Shown here piece by piece: positions 54,993 to 63,787 of a DNA stretch of 64,000 nt. A model generated the notes under the pieces. That model saw only the letters and a program-made list of their open reading frames with translations, ran no database searches and was not told the DNA's origin. The stretch is from the IMG/VR virus record IMGVR_UViG_2509601031_000003; one strand, written 5' to 3'. The DNA is from a virus. The position numbers and the translations under genes are program-made. Numbering within the stretch: position 1 is the stretch's first letter; each line of letters begins with the position of its first letter.

Positions 54993-55020
54993 CACCTGAG
55001 AGATTGAAACGTTAAACCCA

Positions 55021-55440
55021 ATGCATCTAAGCGGGAGTGATGCCCCGCTCATCATGCCCACACTAAAGTTCTCTGAATCAACTGAAATCAAAGACCTTTA
55101 TGCAGAACGCATTCCTGGTGGATATCAAATCGCATTCTTCACTTTTGAGCTAACCGAAGAGGAACAACTCATTGAGGAGACATATCGCAAGTATCCAGCT
55201 TTGCGCCCACTACCAGGGAAAAGAGTTGGCGCATCTAGTCAGAAGAAGAAACCTTCAACAATTCCACCCATTAGAACCGGGAAACGGTGGAAGCAGAACC
55301 GCAAGCAACATCGCAGGATTGTCAATCTAGTGAGACGTGCTTACCGGGATTATTCCATCCCCATCTTGCGATCCATCTACATCCAGAACAACTTAAGCGA
55401 TCGCGATGATTACTACTTCAACGTGATTGAGATTCTGTAA
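55021..55440 (+). CDS. Hypothetical basic protein
   Basis: 139-aa ORF; start uncertain. Confidence 0.45.
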   Translation: MHLSGSDAPLIMPTLKFSESTEIKDLYAERIPGGYQIAFFTFELTEEEQLIEETYRKYPALRPLPGKRVGASSQKKKPSTIPPIRTGKRWKQNRKQHRRIVNLVRRAYRDYSIPILRSIYIQNNLSDRDDYYFNVIEIL

Positions 55441-55657
55441 ACACTACCAGGGAGGCATGACCTCCCTTTGAGATTATGAGCAATGACCCGAAACCAAATG
55501 ATTCCAAAAAGCCAGAAGGACGTACCCCGCAATGCTTAAGCTGCGGATGTCCCATGACTTGGACGTTCTACAAAGGCAAAATGCAGTGGTACTGTCACTG
55601 CTATCGATAGGTCAATCGCACGTAACCATGAAGCAACTTTCTCAAATCTTAGTAACT

Positions 55658-55861
55658 ATGCCTACTATCAAACCTGGCGATCGCGTAACAGGAAATAAAT
55701 CATGCATAAATTGCGCTCATCGCAGTCGGCTGATTAAAGAAGATTCTTCAGGCTATGAGGTCTACTGCGAGAAGAAAAACGAAGTCATCGCAGATCTAGA
55801 AAATGAAGCAGCGTTTGAAGCCGAAGCTATCACTTGCACCTTTTTTATTGATGAGGAATAG
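55658..55861 (+). CDS. Small Cys-containing protein
   Basis: MPTIKPGDRVT...CINCAH. Confidence 0.5.
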   Translation: MPTIKPGDRVTGNKSCINCAHRSRLIKEDSSGYEVYCEKKNEVIADLENEAAFEAEAITCTFFIDEE

Positions 55862-55863
55862 CA

Positions 55864-56766
55864 ATGCCCACCATCAAACCTGGCGATCGCGTCACTCTAA
55901 AACGCACCCCTCTCTACAATCAGATTCCTGAGTGGGGAGACGATCGTAAAATTCCCGCCTTCCACCCTAACCAAATCTTCGAGGTCATCGACTTCGAGAA
56001 AACGAAGGTTACTTTGCAAGCGCTGGACACTGGGGAAACGCGCTTTTTCGAGTGGTTCAAGAATGCAGTCAAAGTGCTGCCAGCCGTTTCAGCGGATGAT
56101 GATCCCGCCCATCCTTGTCCGAGTGCTGATATCTCGCACATAGACTTAGCGGAGTTAGAAAGCACTCGCCCTTCAGAAGCGGTCTTGGCGAATGCCGAGG
56201 CAATTTACGCAGGGTTAACTGATATCCCTAACGGTAAGCCTTACCGCCCGTCAAATGGAACAGAAGGGGAAATCTTCATGCGGCGCTGGTGTGAGCGCTG
56301 CGAGAAGGATGTTAACGAAGATTGTTCGATTCTTGCCCAGTCAATGCTTGGGGAGGTTGATGAGTGGCAGTACTGGGGCGACAAGCCACTCTGTACTGCC
56401 TGGGAAAAGCGAACCTCTGAAGTGATTGAGCAACCCACTCGGATCAATATCCACGCCAACGGGAAGATCTCGGTTCAGAGTGAGAAGCAAATTGTTCCAG
56501 TCGAGCTGCCTGAGCCGACCGGAGCACTGTTAGAGTTTCCAGACATTGCGGAAGAATTCAAGAGTGCAATCTGTCAGCACAAAGGAATTCGCTACTGGAT
56601 TGCTGGAAAGTTCGAGCGGGACAAAAAGCCAGCCGAAATGTATTACTACATCGAGCGTGACGGAAAAGCCGTGAAATCCGAGCTTTCGTATTGCTCAACC
56701 GTTTTCGCTGGAAAGTGGGCAAGAGAAGCGATCGATAGATTAGTAGCACTTCAGGAGGTTGTTTAA
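55864..56766 (+). CDS. Mosaic hypothetical protein
   Basis: Same MPTIKPGDRVT start; internal YRPSNGTEGEIF..WCERC. Confidence 0.6.
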   Translation: MPTIKPGDRVTLKRTPLYNQIPEWGDDRKIPAFHPNQIFEVIDFEKTKVTLQALDTGETRFFEWFKNAVKVLPAVSADDDPAHPCPSADISHIDLAELESTRPSEAVLANAEAIYAGLTDIPNGKPYRPSNGTEGEIFMRRWCERCEKDVNEDCSILAQSMLGEVDEWQYWGDKPLCTAWEKRTSEVIEQPTRINIHANGKISVQSEKQIVPVELPEPTGALLEFPDIAEEFKSAICQHKGIRYWIAGKFERDKKPAEMYYYIERDGKAVKSELSYCSTVFAGKWAREAIDRLVALQEVV

Positions 56767-56942
56767 TGGTGTCAATCCACATGGGCGATCCTAACTGCCC
56801 AATCTGCAGCAATCCTACAGTTCGGTCTTATAGCTCTGTCGCTATCGGCGGAGTTGTTCTGCACTGCCAGCGGTGCGGTATGTCTGTCCCTCTCGCGGGA
56901 CTCAAGAAATGGGGCACAACCCAGCAGGAGGCTGAATTTTGA
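56766..56942 (+). CDS. Zinc-ribbon peptide
   Basis: CPICS...HCQRCG; coupled on both sides. Confidence 0.5.
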   Translation: MVSIHMGDPNCPICSNPTVRSYSSVAIGGVVLHCQRCGMSVPLAGLKKWGTTQQEAEF

Positions 56943-57532
56943 AACTACTACTCATCGACTTAGACGGCACAATTCGATATGGGACAGATAACCCCAAAGG
57001 GTTCGTGAATAACCCAACACAACAGGCGATTTTCCCAGATGCCGCAAAACAACTCCAGAGCTATTACGATCGCGGTTGGCAAATCATTGGAATCAGTAAT
57101 CAGGGTGGAATCGAGAAAGGCTACGTCTCCCTGGATGCTGTACTTCAAGGAATGCGGCAGACGATCAACCTTGCACCACAAATTTACGACATCTATTTCT
57201 GCCCTAGCTTCACGCCTCCAGGGACTGAGGTTTATCGATGTGGCTATCGAAGCGATACGGGCGCTTGGGGTTCTCTTCGGGTGAATTTACAGAACTATCC
57301 GGTTCGCTGTGGTTATCGCAAGCCTGAGCCTGGAATGCTGTTGATGGCGATCGAGGATTGTGTCTGCCGTCCAAGTGAAGTTCTCTACGTAGGAGATCGT
57401 CCAGAAGATGAGCAAGCTGCCGCCGCCGCAAATATTCCATTCATGTGGGCAGAGAATTGGCGGGCAGGGACTGATGACTATCGCGATATCAGTGCAGAGA
57501 CTTTGTATCTAAGGCTGGAGGATGATCTGTGA
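56939..57532 (+). CDS. HAD-IIIA hydrolase (polynucleotide 3'-phosphatase/GmhB-like)
   Basis: IDLDGT, SNQGG, RKPEPGM, YVGDRPED. Confidence 0.88.
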   Translation: MKLLLIDLDGTIRYGTDNPKGFVNNPTQQAIFPDAAKQLQSYYDRGWQIIGISNQGGIEKGYVSLDAVLQGMRQTINLAPQIYDIYFCPSFTPPGTEVYRCGYRSDTGAWGSLRVNLQNYPVRCGYRKPEPGMLLMAIEDCVCRPSEVLYVGDRPEDEQAAAAANIPFMWAENWRAGTDDYRDISAETLYLRLEDDL

Positions 57533-58293
57533 GCCGTACTGACGAACTTCTGCAAGCGATTCTTGATGAACTGCGATCGCGCAATCAACTCCTCGGCTTC
57601 CACGCCCCATTCAAGAAAAAGGTGATTTATGCCAACCGAAGTTACACAGACTGTCTCTGGTACTTTTTCGATGGCGCAAGCAAAACTCACATCCCTATCG
57701 AGCATCACGCTCTGACCGGAATTATCGAAAAACTCGAAATCGAAGAGAAAGAATTTCGCGGCAAACCTGATTACAAGGTGAACCTACACATCCGCGCCGA
57801 CCGCGCTTATGTCATTCAATCGGGGCATGACACCCTTTTTGCCCGTGGCTTAGTCTTTATGCTCTCAAAGCTCCCAGTCGCTGCATTTCGACAGCCAATT
57901 ACAATTGCTGTCGAAGCTGGAGATACAGAACAAGTCCTGTTCTGCCGTATCTACAATCCTGCAACGGGCGAAGCCGTGTTTGCACCGTATCCGGATCAGG
58001 TCAACTGGGAACAAGTGACCGCAGTGGCGATCGACAAAATCCAACGCGCCCACGAAACCGAGAGTCAAACCCACGAAGCGCCTGAGCAGCCTGAGCCTGA
58101 GAAGTTGGATTTATCGGATGCGATCGCCGCCATTCCCGTTGAGATGGAGCGCATCGGCTGGACGAAGAAACAGGGATCAGAATATTTGCAAACCAAGTAC
58201 GACAAAAAGACTCGCGCTGAGCTGGATGATCAGGAGATGTTCGAGTTTTTAAGACATCTGAGATCGTTGCCAACTCGAACTAAGGTTGCTTGA
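57529..58293 (+). CDS. Hypothetical protein
   Basis: 254 aa; C-terminal WTKKQGSEYLQTKY.KKTRAELDD helical module. Confidence 0.6.
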   Translation: MSRTDELLQAILDELRSRNQLLGFHAPFKKKVIYANRSYTDCLWYFFDGASKTHIPIEHHALTGIIEKLEIEEKEFRGKPDYKVNLHIRADRAYVIQSGHDTLFARGLVFMLSKLPVAAFRQPITIAVEAGDTEQVLFCRIYNPATGEAVFAPYPDQVNWEQVTAVAIDKIQRAHETESQTHEAPEQPEPEKLDLSDAIAAIPVEMERIGWTKKQGSEYLQTKYDKKTRAELDDQEMFEFLRHLRSLPTRTKVA

Positions 58294-58315
58294 AATCGGT
58301 CAGCCTGTCCGAAAT
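58293..58315. repeat. 23-bp palindrome copy 20
   Basis: AAATCGGTCA-GCC-TGTCCGAAAT; overlaps both convergent stops. Confidence 0.93.
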
Positions 58316-58518
58316 GCGCGATCGAGATCTTCAATTGTGCACTGATAAAGTTGAGTGAGTTTCAACGTCTGCCAAGGCTCCAACCTTGGCACTTCCGATC
58401 CCTCTTCCCACTGCTTTAATGTTGATTCTTCAACTTGGATCGCTTCCGCTACCTGCCGCTGCGACAGGTTGGCTTTTTGGCGTAGTGCGATCGCCGCGTT
58501 ATTTGTTTGAACTTCCAC
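58300..58518 (-). CDS. XRE-family HTH regulator
   Basis: LRQKANLSQRQVAEAI...TLKQWEEG. Confidence 0.85.
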   Translation of the reverse strand: MEVQTNNAAIALRQKANLSQRQVAEAIQVEESTLKQWEEGSEVPRLEPWQTLKLTQLYQCTIEDLDRAFRTG

Positions 58519-58553
58519 AAAACACCCCCTGCTACTAGGAACTTTTCCAACCC

Positions 58554-58790
58554 CTAATTAATTTCGTCAGGATTAATCCGGTCAAAAGCAATACTTAAAT
58601 CTTCTAGAGAGCATTGATAGAGCTTCATCAATAGGATCGTTTCACTAAATGTTAACTGGGGTCGTCGAGTGCCGCGCTCCCAGTCTGAAATCGTTTGAAC
58701 TCGCTTGTTCAAACGTTCTGCAACCTGCCGCTGGGTTAGCCCCGCTCGTGTTCGTAATCCCGCAGGTGTAATTTCTTCGTTATTTTTCAT
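58554..58790 (-). CDS. XRE-family HTH regulator (tandem paralog)
   Basis: LRTRAGLTQRQVAERL...TISDWERG; shared LYQC..EDL. Confidence 0.88.
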   Translation of the reverse strand: MKNNEEITPAGLRTRAGLTQRQVAERLNKRVQTISDWERGTRRPQLTFSETILLMKLYQCSLEDLSIAFDRINPDEIN

Positions 58791-59077
58791 ACAATCACAT
58801 GTATCCGCGAGAGCGATAGCGCTTAAGCGGAATACTCCTCAAAAAACGGCAATGGCTTCGAGTGATAGCGTCCCCAAAACGCCACTCGAAGCCGTTGTCA
58901 TTTTCACGTAAATTTGCGTTTACGATAAGTCGTAAATTTGTGCGAGTTAGCGATACCGATTTGTCGGAAACATTTTTAAGATTTTGTTTGCGATTTTTGA
59001 CAGCCCAAGCGTGTAATGATGGCTACAGCGCAGGGATCGCATAGGTCACTGTAGATCATTTCGCATCAGTCCCCAGA

Positions 59078-59434
59078 ATGAGTCTTCAATCTGTTTTCAC
59101 TGCTCGTTTTCAAGAAATCATCTGTCGAGATCGTCGTCTATCTCGCGCTTTGATTGGGTTTCACCAAGATCTGCAAGATAACGGTACGCGCATCATTTAT
59201 CTCCGATGCAAACCTAATGATGTCTATGTTCTAACTTGCAGGCTACTTAAAATCACGCAGAGATTACTGGCATTAGGCACGTTTGAGAGAATTGTAATTA
59301 CGGATGGATTTAGCGATCGCGTCTTTGAAGTCGCAGACCTGATTGCGCTTTGCCCCGCGATCGAAACACCCTACCTCGGTAGTCGAGATAGGGCATCGCA
59401 GATGGAGCGGCGGCGACCCGCACTTAGTGAGTGA
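59078..59434 (+). CDS. Hypothetical protein
   Basis: 118-aa ORF. Confidence 0.45.
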   Translation: MSLQSVFTARFQEIICRDRRLSRALIGFHQDLQDNGTRIIYLRCKPNDVYVLTCRLLKITQRLLALGTFERIVITDGFSDRVFEVADLIALCPAIETPYLGSRDRASQMERRRPALSE

Positions 59435-59735
59435 CGAGAAATTCCTGCGAGACGGTCTCACCTTGGAGCAGTCTCATCATGTCGTTGAATGAATAGGCTT
59501 CGCCGTCTGGGTGCTTTAACACCTTTGCGTTATGCAGGGCGAACAGTGTGTTGAATCCGAATTTATCAGTCCATTTAGCTGATTCGACCAAATTAATATG
59601 ATGCTCTTTCGTCACAATATTTGTTCTCTCAGACAGTAGAGAAGCAAATTGCGCTTGTGTGAGATTCAGGTTTTCACGGCATCGCTTCACCGTGAGTCCA
59701 AAGGCGCGTTTACCTTGATCAGTCAATCCGCTCAT
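59424..59735 (-). CDS. XRE-like repressor candidate
   Basis: VKRCRENLNLTQAQFASLL; divergent from rightward early operon. Confidence 0.65.
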   Translation of the reverse strand: MSGLTDQGKRAFGLTVKRCRENLNLTQAQFASLLSERTNIVTKEHHINLVESAKWTDKFGFNTLFALHNAKVLKHPDGEAYSFNDMMRLLQGETVSQEFLVTH

Positions 59736-59969
59736 GAGTTCGTGTTGTTTGGGTAGCTCTAAACAACGATCGGGCTAGAGCTACCAAAACCCGATCGCGT
59801 TAACCCTATTTAAGCAAATCTCGCCAAACTTAAATAGGGCTGTCGCGATTTTAGATGCAATCCAAAGAATTGCGGATTGAGGATTGCATTTTCAATCTAA
59901 GTACTCTAAGATCCTGTTAAAGCGGTATCGCTTGCGCGATACCTTTAGACCGTAAAACCCTAGATTTCT

Positions 59970-60131
59970 ATGTCTTCAAGTCTCAAAACAGGTAGCCTCG
60001 CCACAGGCGTTTTCTACATTCCCCCAGAGCTTCGACCAATGGTGCAAAAGCTTTTACTGGAATACAAGCAGAAAAAAGCGATCGCACAGCTCGAAGCGAT
60101 TCAGCAACAACAATCAGCTTTATCTAATTGA
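59970..60131 (+). CDS. Small protein (Cro-position)
   Basis: Manual translation MSSSLKTGSLATGVFYIPPELRPMVQKLLLEYK... Confidence 0.4.
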   Translation: MSSSLKTGSLATGVFYIPPELRPMVQKLLLEYKQKKAIAQLEAIQQQQSALSN

Positions 60132-60134
60132 AAA

Positions 60135-60455
60135 ATGCTCTTGAACTGGTTATGGCATCAAGGGGAGCAACTTTCCCGATTAAAGGAAGCCCCGCAAGAG
60201 TCCGAAGTTTCCCTTCCGTTACCGAAGTGCGAGTCTTCTCCAACCCGCACTTCGGTAATTCTCTCAATCCTCAGCCCTAGTAATCCGCGCACCCTTGGCG
60301 ACATCTCTGACGCACTCAAAGAAGCGGACTTGCAAACTCCTAGAGTTTCGCTACTTGAACTGCTCGATCTCTTGGTTCAGCAAGAGCAAGTAATTCGAGA
60401 CTGGGGTGAAACTGGTTGCCGCGTTTACTTCCTAAACAAAAAGCCGCCAGCGTAA
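60135..60455 (+). CDS. Winged-helix-like protein
   Basis: TLGDISDAL...LLELLDLLVQQEQV...RVYFL. Confidence 0.5.
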   Translation: MLLNWLWHQGEQLSRLKEAPQESEVSLPLPKCESSPTRTSVILSILSPSNPRTLGDISDALKEADLQTPRVSLLELLDLLVQQEQVIRDWGETGCRVYFLNKKPPA

Positions 60456-60491
60456 CTCTAGCGGCGCTCCCTTTATTTCTCAGTTGAAAGT

Positions 60492-60977
60492 ATGACAACT
60501 TTAACACTGCCAAAAAAGAATGAAACAACTGATGAGGTTGTGATCTGCGTCAAAACACAGTTCGGAGAAGTCCACAAACGCACAACATTTGCGGAGGCTT
60601 GGACAATCAAATCGCTCGTCGTTGGGGTCGAAGCCAAATCGCTACCAAGTGAAAACGGCGTAGTAGAAAAAGACGCGATCGTCTACACGTACTGGAGCGA
60701 CTTGCTCCCGAAACAAGCGCGCCGAAAGGTTCGCGAATCGACCCGCAGAAATCGACTCTATGACTTCGAGGTAAGTGCCCATCAGATCGTTCCATTGCAG
60801 CAGACAGAGGCGTTAACCCGACTCGAAACAGTTTTGCGGCGGTGGGAGTTCGGTAACTATGTCGGCACGATTTCCGAAATGTTTGAGGAAGCGAGCGTCG
60901 CCTTCGGGCTATCCCGCACTAAATATCACGATTTTGCAGTGTCCGAACGAGTGATTGCAGTGGTAAAGAGAGGTTGA
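60492..60977 (+). CDS. Hypothetical protein
   Basis: 161-aa ORF. Confidence 0.55.
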   Translation: MTTLTLPKKNETTDEVVICVKTQFGEVHKRTTFAEAWTIKSLVVGVEAKSLPSENGVVEKDAIVYTYWSDLLPKQARRKVRESTRRNRLYDFEVSAHQIVPLQQTEALTRLETVLRRWEFGNYVGTISEMFEEASVAFGLSRTKYHDFAVSERVIAVVKRG

Positions 60978-60980
60978 ACT

Positions 60981-61361
60981 GTGTCTAACTCTCTACCAGT
61001 TGAGTACTACGATTGCGTTGCTAATGAACTGCCCCGATCCGGAAGATTGCACCTTTCGGTACTTAGATTGATTTCGTTTCTTCCCATTAAGCACGAGATC
61101 CTATGGGGTGCTCGATGGGCATTTTGCTCAACCGACGTGCCCGATCCTCAAACCGAAATTACCTATCCTGGCTCGGCCGTAATTTGTCAGCCGGAAAACT
61201 TTCTTGAGTTGCAGAAATTAGTGATGGGGTTACAGGCTATCACCGGATTTGGAGTGGTGATTATCAAAGGTTCAGAGGGGAAGTGGCATATCTCTTACTC
61301 GCCGATTGAGCAGAGATGGTCTTACAAGTTTACGGAGAATGGATCATGCCAGAGAGGTTAG
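60981..61361 (+). CDS. Hypothetical protein
   Basis: GAGG before GTG. Confidence 0.5.
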   Translation: MSNSLPVEYYDCVANELPRSGRLHLSVLRLISFLPIKHEILWGARWAFCSTDVPDPQTEITYPGSAVICQPENFLELQKLVMGLQAITGFGVVIIKGSEGKWHISYSPIEQRWSYKFTENGSCQRG

Positions 61362-62224
61362 ATCCCAAAATCGTCGATCGCGCATTTCAATTCATCGAAC
61401 AAAAGCCCGGACTCTTCCCCTCACGACTGCGCGTCCTACTTGGATTAAAGCTCGTAAGAAACAGGACGCGGAAGAGTGGCTATCGGTACTCTAGCCTGCT
61501 CTGGATCATCATCAAACTGTTGCAGTCTCAAGGAAAGATTGAGGTCGTCAAAGATCCACTACATGACGAACCTCTGTTGTATACCAGGGGCACGGCTCCC
61601 CCGCCAAAACCCCTATTTCAGCCGAGTCGCCGCCAAGAACCAGATTGCAAAGTTTTCAAAGTTCCGCTCGATCAACTTTACCTCTACACAAAACCTGAGC
61701 CTATGACAACTCCAACGCAAGCCACACAAAAGACGATCGACCAAATTGGGAGCGCGATCGCTGAACTTCAACTATTAGGTCAGCCCTTCACGGTTGCGCG
61801 CGTCCTCGAAGTAGCGCGGGTTCACAGCTCTTTCTTAAAGAGATATCCCGAAGTTAAGCAGGACGTTGAAATCGCCGTTCGTCAGAGCGGTACAGAGTTG
61901 AAGCGAGAGAAAACGGACAGCGTGTCCGATTTGGATGAAGCTGAAGCCTTGGACGAAGTTGAGCAACTCAGACAAACGATCTCCGAGCTAGAGGAACGAA
62001 ACCGCGAGCTACGACAACAGTTGAGCGGCGAAGGAGTTGACCTAGTAGCAGTTATATCGAACCAGAAATCTCAGGTTGAGGCGCAATTGAAGTCGCTGCA
62101 AGCTGAAGCTGAGGTGCTGAGTAATCAGCTTAGCAAGGCAAAGCAAAAGCTCGCTGCCCTTGACCAAATCTTGTCCATCCTCCCTCAAACCCAAAATGCC
62201 GAACCCGTTATCACTCAGAGATGA
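61346..62224 (+). CDS. Putative DNA-binding coiled-coil protein
   Basis: FTVARVLEVARVHSSFLKRYPEV HTH-like segment then long coiled coil. Confidence 0.55.
   Translation: MPERLDPKIVDRAFQFIEQKPGLFPSRLRVLLGLKLVRNRTRKSGYRYSSLLWIIIKLLQSQGKIEVVKDPLHDEPLLYTRGTAPPPKPLFQPSRRQEPDCKVFKVPLDQLYLYTKPEPMTTPTQATQKTIDQIGSAIAELQLLGQPFTVARVLEVARVHSSFLKRYPEVKQDVEIAVRQSGTELKREKTDSVSDLDEAEALDEVEQLRQTISELEERNRELRQQLSGEGVDLVAVISNQKSQVEAQLKSLQAEAEVLSNQLSKAKQKLAALDQILSILPQTQNAEPVITQR
61910..61932. repeat. 23-bp palindrome copy 21 (intragenic)
   Basis: AAAACGGACA-GCG-TGTCCGATTT. Confidence 0.92.
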
Positions 62225-63569
62225 GCGCATTGAGATCTCCCCTGTAGAGACATTACAGTCTACTGTGAGCACTTCCTCGATCGAAGATAGAGCAGTCGAA
62301 CTCAATGCTGAGTTAGACCAAACCGAAGCAACCTTTATCCAAGCCGGTAAAGCTGCTTTATCGCTCTATAAGCTACTCGGTGAGACGCTGACCCAGATCA
62401 AGGCTACTAAGCAGCATGGCGAATGGGGGAAGTGGCTTGCGTCGAAGTCAATTAATGAACGACGAGATCGACGGGCGCGGCAGATTGCGGCAAACTGGGA
62501 ACGCCTCGAAGCGATTTCGGACAGCGTGACCGATTTGACTCTGACCGATGCACTCGAACTACTCAAAAAACCGCTCCCTGAAGCCGAGGAGCCAGAACTA
62601 TCATTTGATGAAGTTCGTGAATCGTTTGCCCCGTGGGGAAGTTTTGAGCGAACCGATAGCAGTCGGTTTAAATACGTCCTCAACCGTCCCGGCGGCGCGC
62701 ATTTCTTCCGGGGGTTGAATGAGGCAAGTAAATGGCGTGAGGAGCATTGCCACGAGGGGAACAGACTAGACGCGGTTAAGCCTGCGACAGGTGAACTTAC
62801 AACATCCCCGTTTGTGCCTGAAATTGTGTCTCGCGCAGAATCAATCAAATCCGAAAGCCTCAAGCTTGGAGATCGCACAACGATTGACGATCGCGAATGT
62901 GTTGTTACCGAACTGCTCGAAACTGGTGACGTTGGTGTTACTGCACTTGACGGTAGCGCTGACCAAATCTACGTCAAAGCGGATGGTACAGCTACAAATG
63001 CCTTTGAAGTTGCGAGTCGATTACCTGAGACTCCCTCGGTTCGGGAACGCATGACCAGCGCTAAGACCGACGAGCATTACACGCCGCCAGAATTGCTGGA
63101 ACTCGTCTATGAGTGTTTCTCCCCGCTCGGTATTGAGCTTGATCCATGTAGTAATGCTCATGGTGAAGAAGCCAATGTGAAAGCGAGTCAGTACTTCACG
63201 ATCGAAGATGATGGCTTGGCTCAAGAATGGAATGCCAAAACGGTTTATATCAATCCCCCATACTCAGATGTCGCCGCATGGGTAGATAAGGTTGTTACTG
63301 AGCAAGATCGGAACAATATTGGAGATGTCTTGCTTCTGGTCAAAGCCGATACCTCTACCCAATGGTTTGCACAAATCTGGGAAAGCGCGACTGCGGTTTG
63401 CTTTCTCAAGAAACGAGTACGCTTCATCAATGCCGAGTCAGAAGGAAATGCAGCCCCCTTTGCTTCAGCGATCGCGTATTTTGGCTCAGAAATCGACAGG
63501 TTTTACTATGCCTTCGAGTCCGCTGGCTCGGTCGTTCAGTTGCTTAATCCAGAAATGTTTGGTTCCTAA
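62196..63569 (+). CDS. DNA N6-adenine methyltransferase (phage Dam-type) with DUF3102-like N-terminus
   Basis: DEHYTPPEL, LDPCS, DGLAQEW, YINPPYS, RVRF; N-terminal KHGEWGKWL...ARQIAANW. Confidence 0.88.
   Translation: MPNPLSLRDERIEISPVETLQSTVSTSSIEDRAVELNAELDQTEATFIQAGKAALSLYKLLGETLTQIKATKQHGEWGKWLASKSINERRDRRARQIAANWERLEAISDSVTDLTLTDALELLKKPLPEAEEPELSFDEVRESFAPWGSFERTDSSRFKYVLNRPGGAHFFRGLNEASKWREEHCHEGNRLDAVKPATGELTTSPFVPEIVSRAESIKSESLKLGDRTTIDDRECVVTELLETGDVGVTALDGSADQIYVKADGTATNAFEVASRLPETPSVRERMTSAKTDEHYTPPELLELVYECFSPLGIELDPCSNAHGEEANVKASQYFTIEDDGLAQEWNAKTVYINPPYSDVAAWVDKVVTEQDRNNIGDVLLLVKADTSTQWFAQIWESATAVCFLKKRVRFINAESEGNAAPFASAIAYFGSEIDRFYYAFESAGSVVQLLNPEMFGS
62514..62536. repeat. 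23-bp palindrome copy 22 (intragenic)
   Basis: ATTTCGGACA-GCG-TGACCGATTT. Confidence 0.92.
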
Positions 63570-63571
63570 TC

Positions 63572-63787
63572 ATGATCACCACATCTATCAGTACGATCGT
63601 AGAGGTGAAAGAGCCTCTGCACTCCGCTCTACAAAGATTCTTGGATACCCATTCTGACTGGGATCAAGACCGACTGCTAAACGCCGCACTCAGTTTGTTC
63701 CTGCTTCAAAATTCGCAGACCCGTGAACCCGATGCCGCGAGAATCTACCTTGATTCAATCTTCAAGCACCCCGCAGAAGACTTATAG
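63572..63787 (+). CDS. DUF2811-like protein
   Basis: LHSALQRFLDTHSDWDQDRLLNAALSLFLLQN. Confidence 0.75.
   Translation: MITTSISTIVEVKEPLHSALQRFLDTHSDWDQDRLLNAALSLFLLQNSQTREPDAARIYLDSIFKHPAEDL

Noticed and set aside
539-62536. 23-bp repeats as a CRISPR array
   Set aside because: Copies are hundreds to thousands of bases apart, not separated by 30-40-nt spacers, and no cas genes other than TnpB are present
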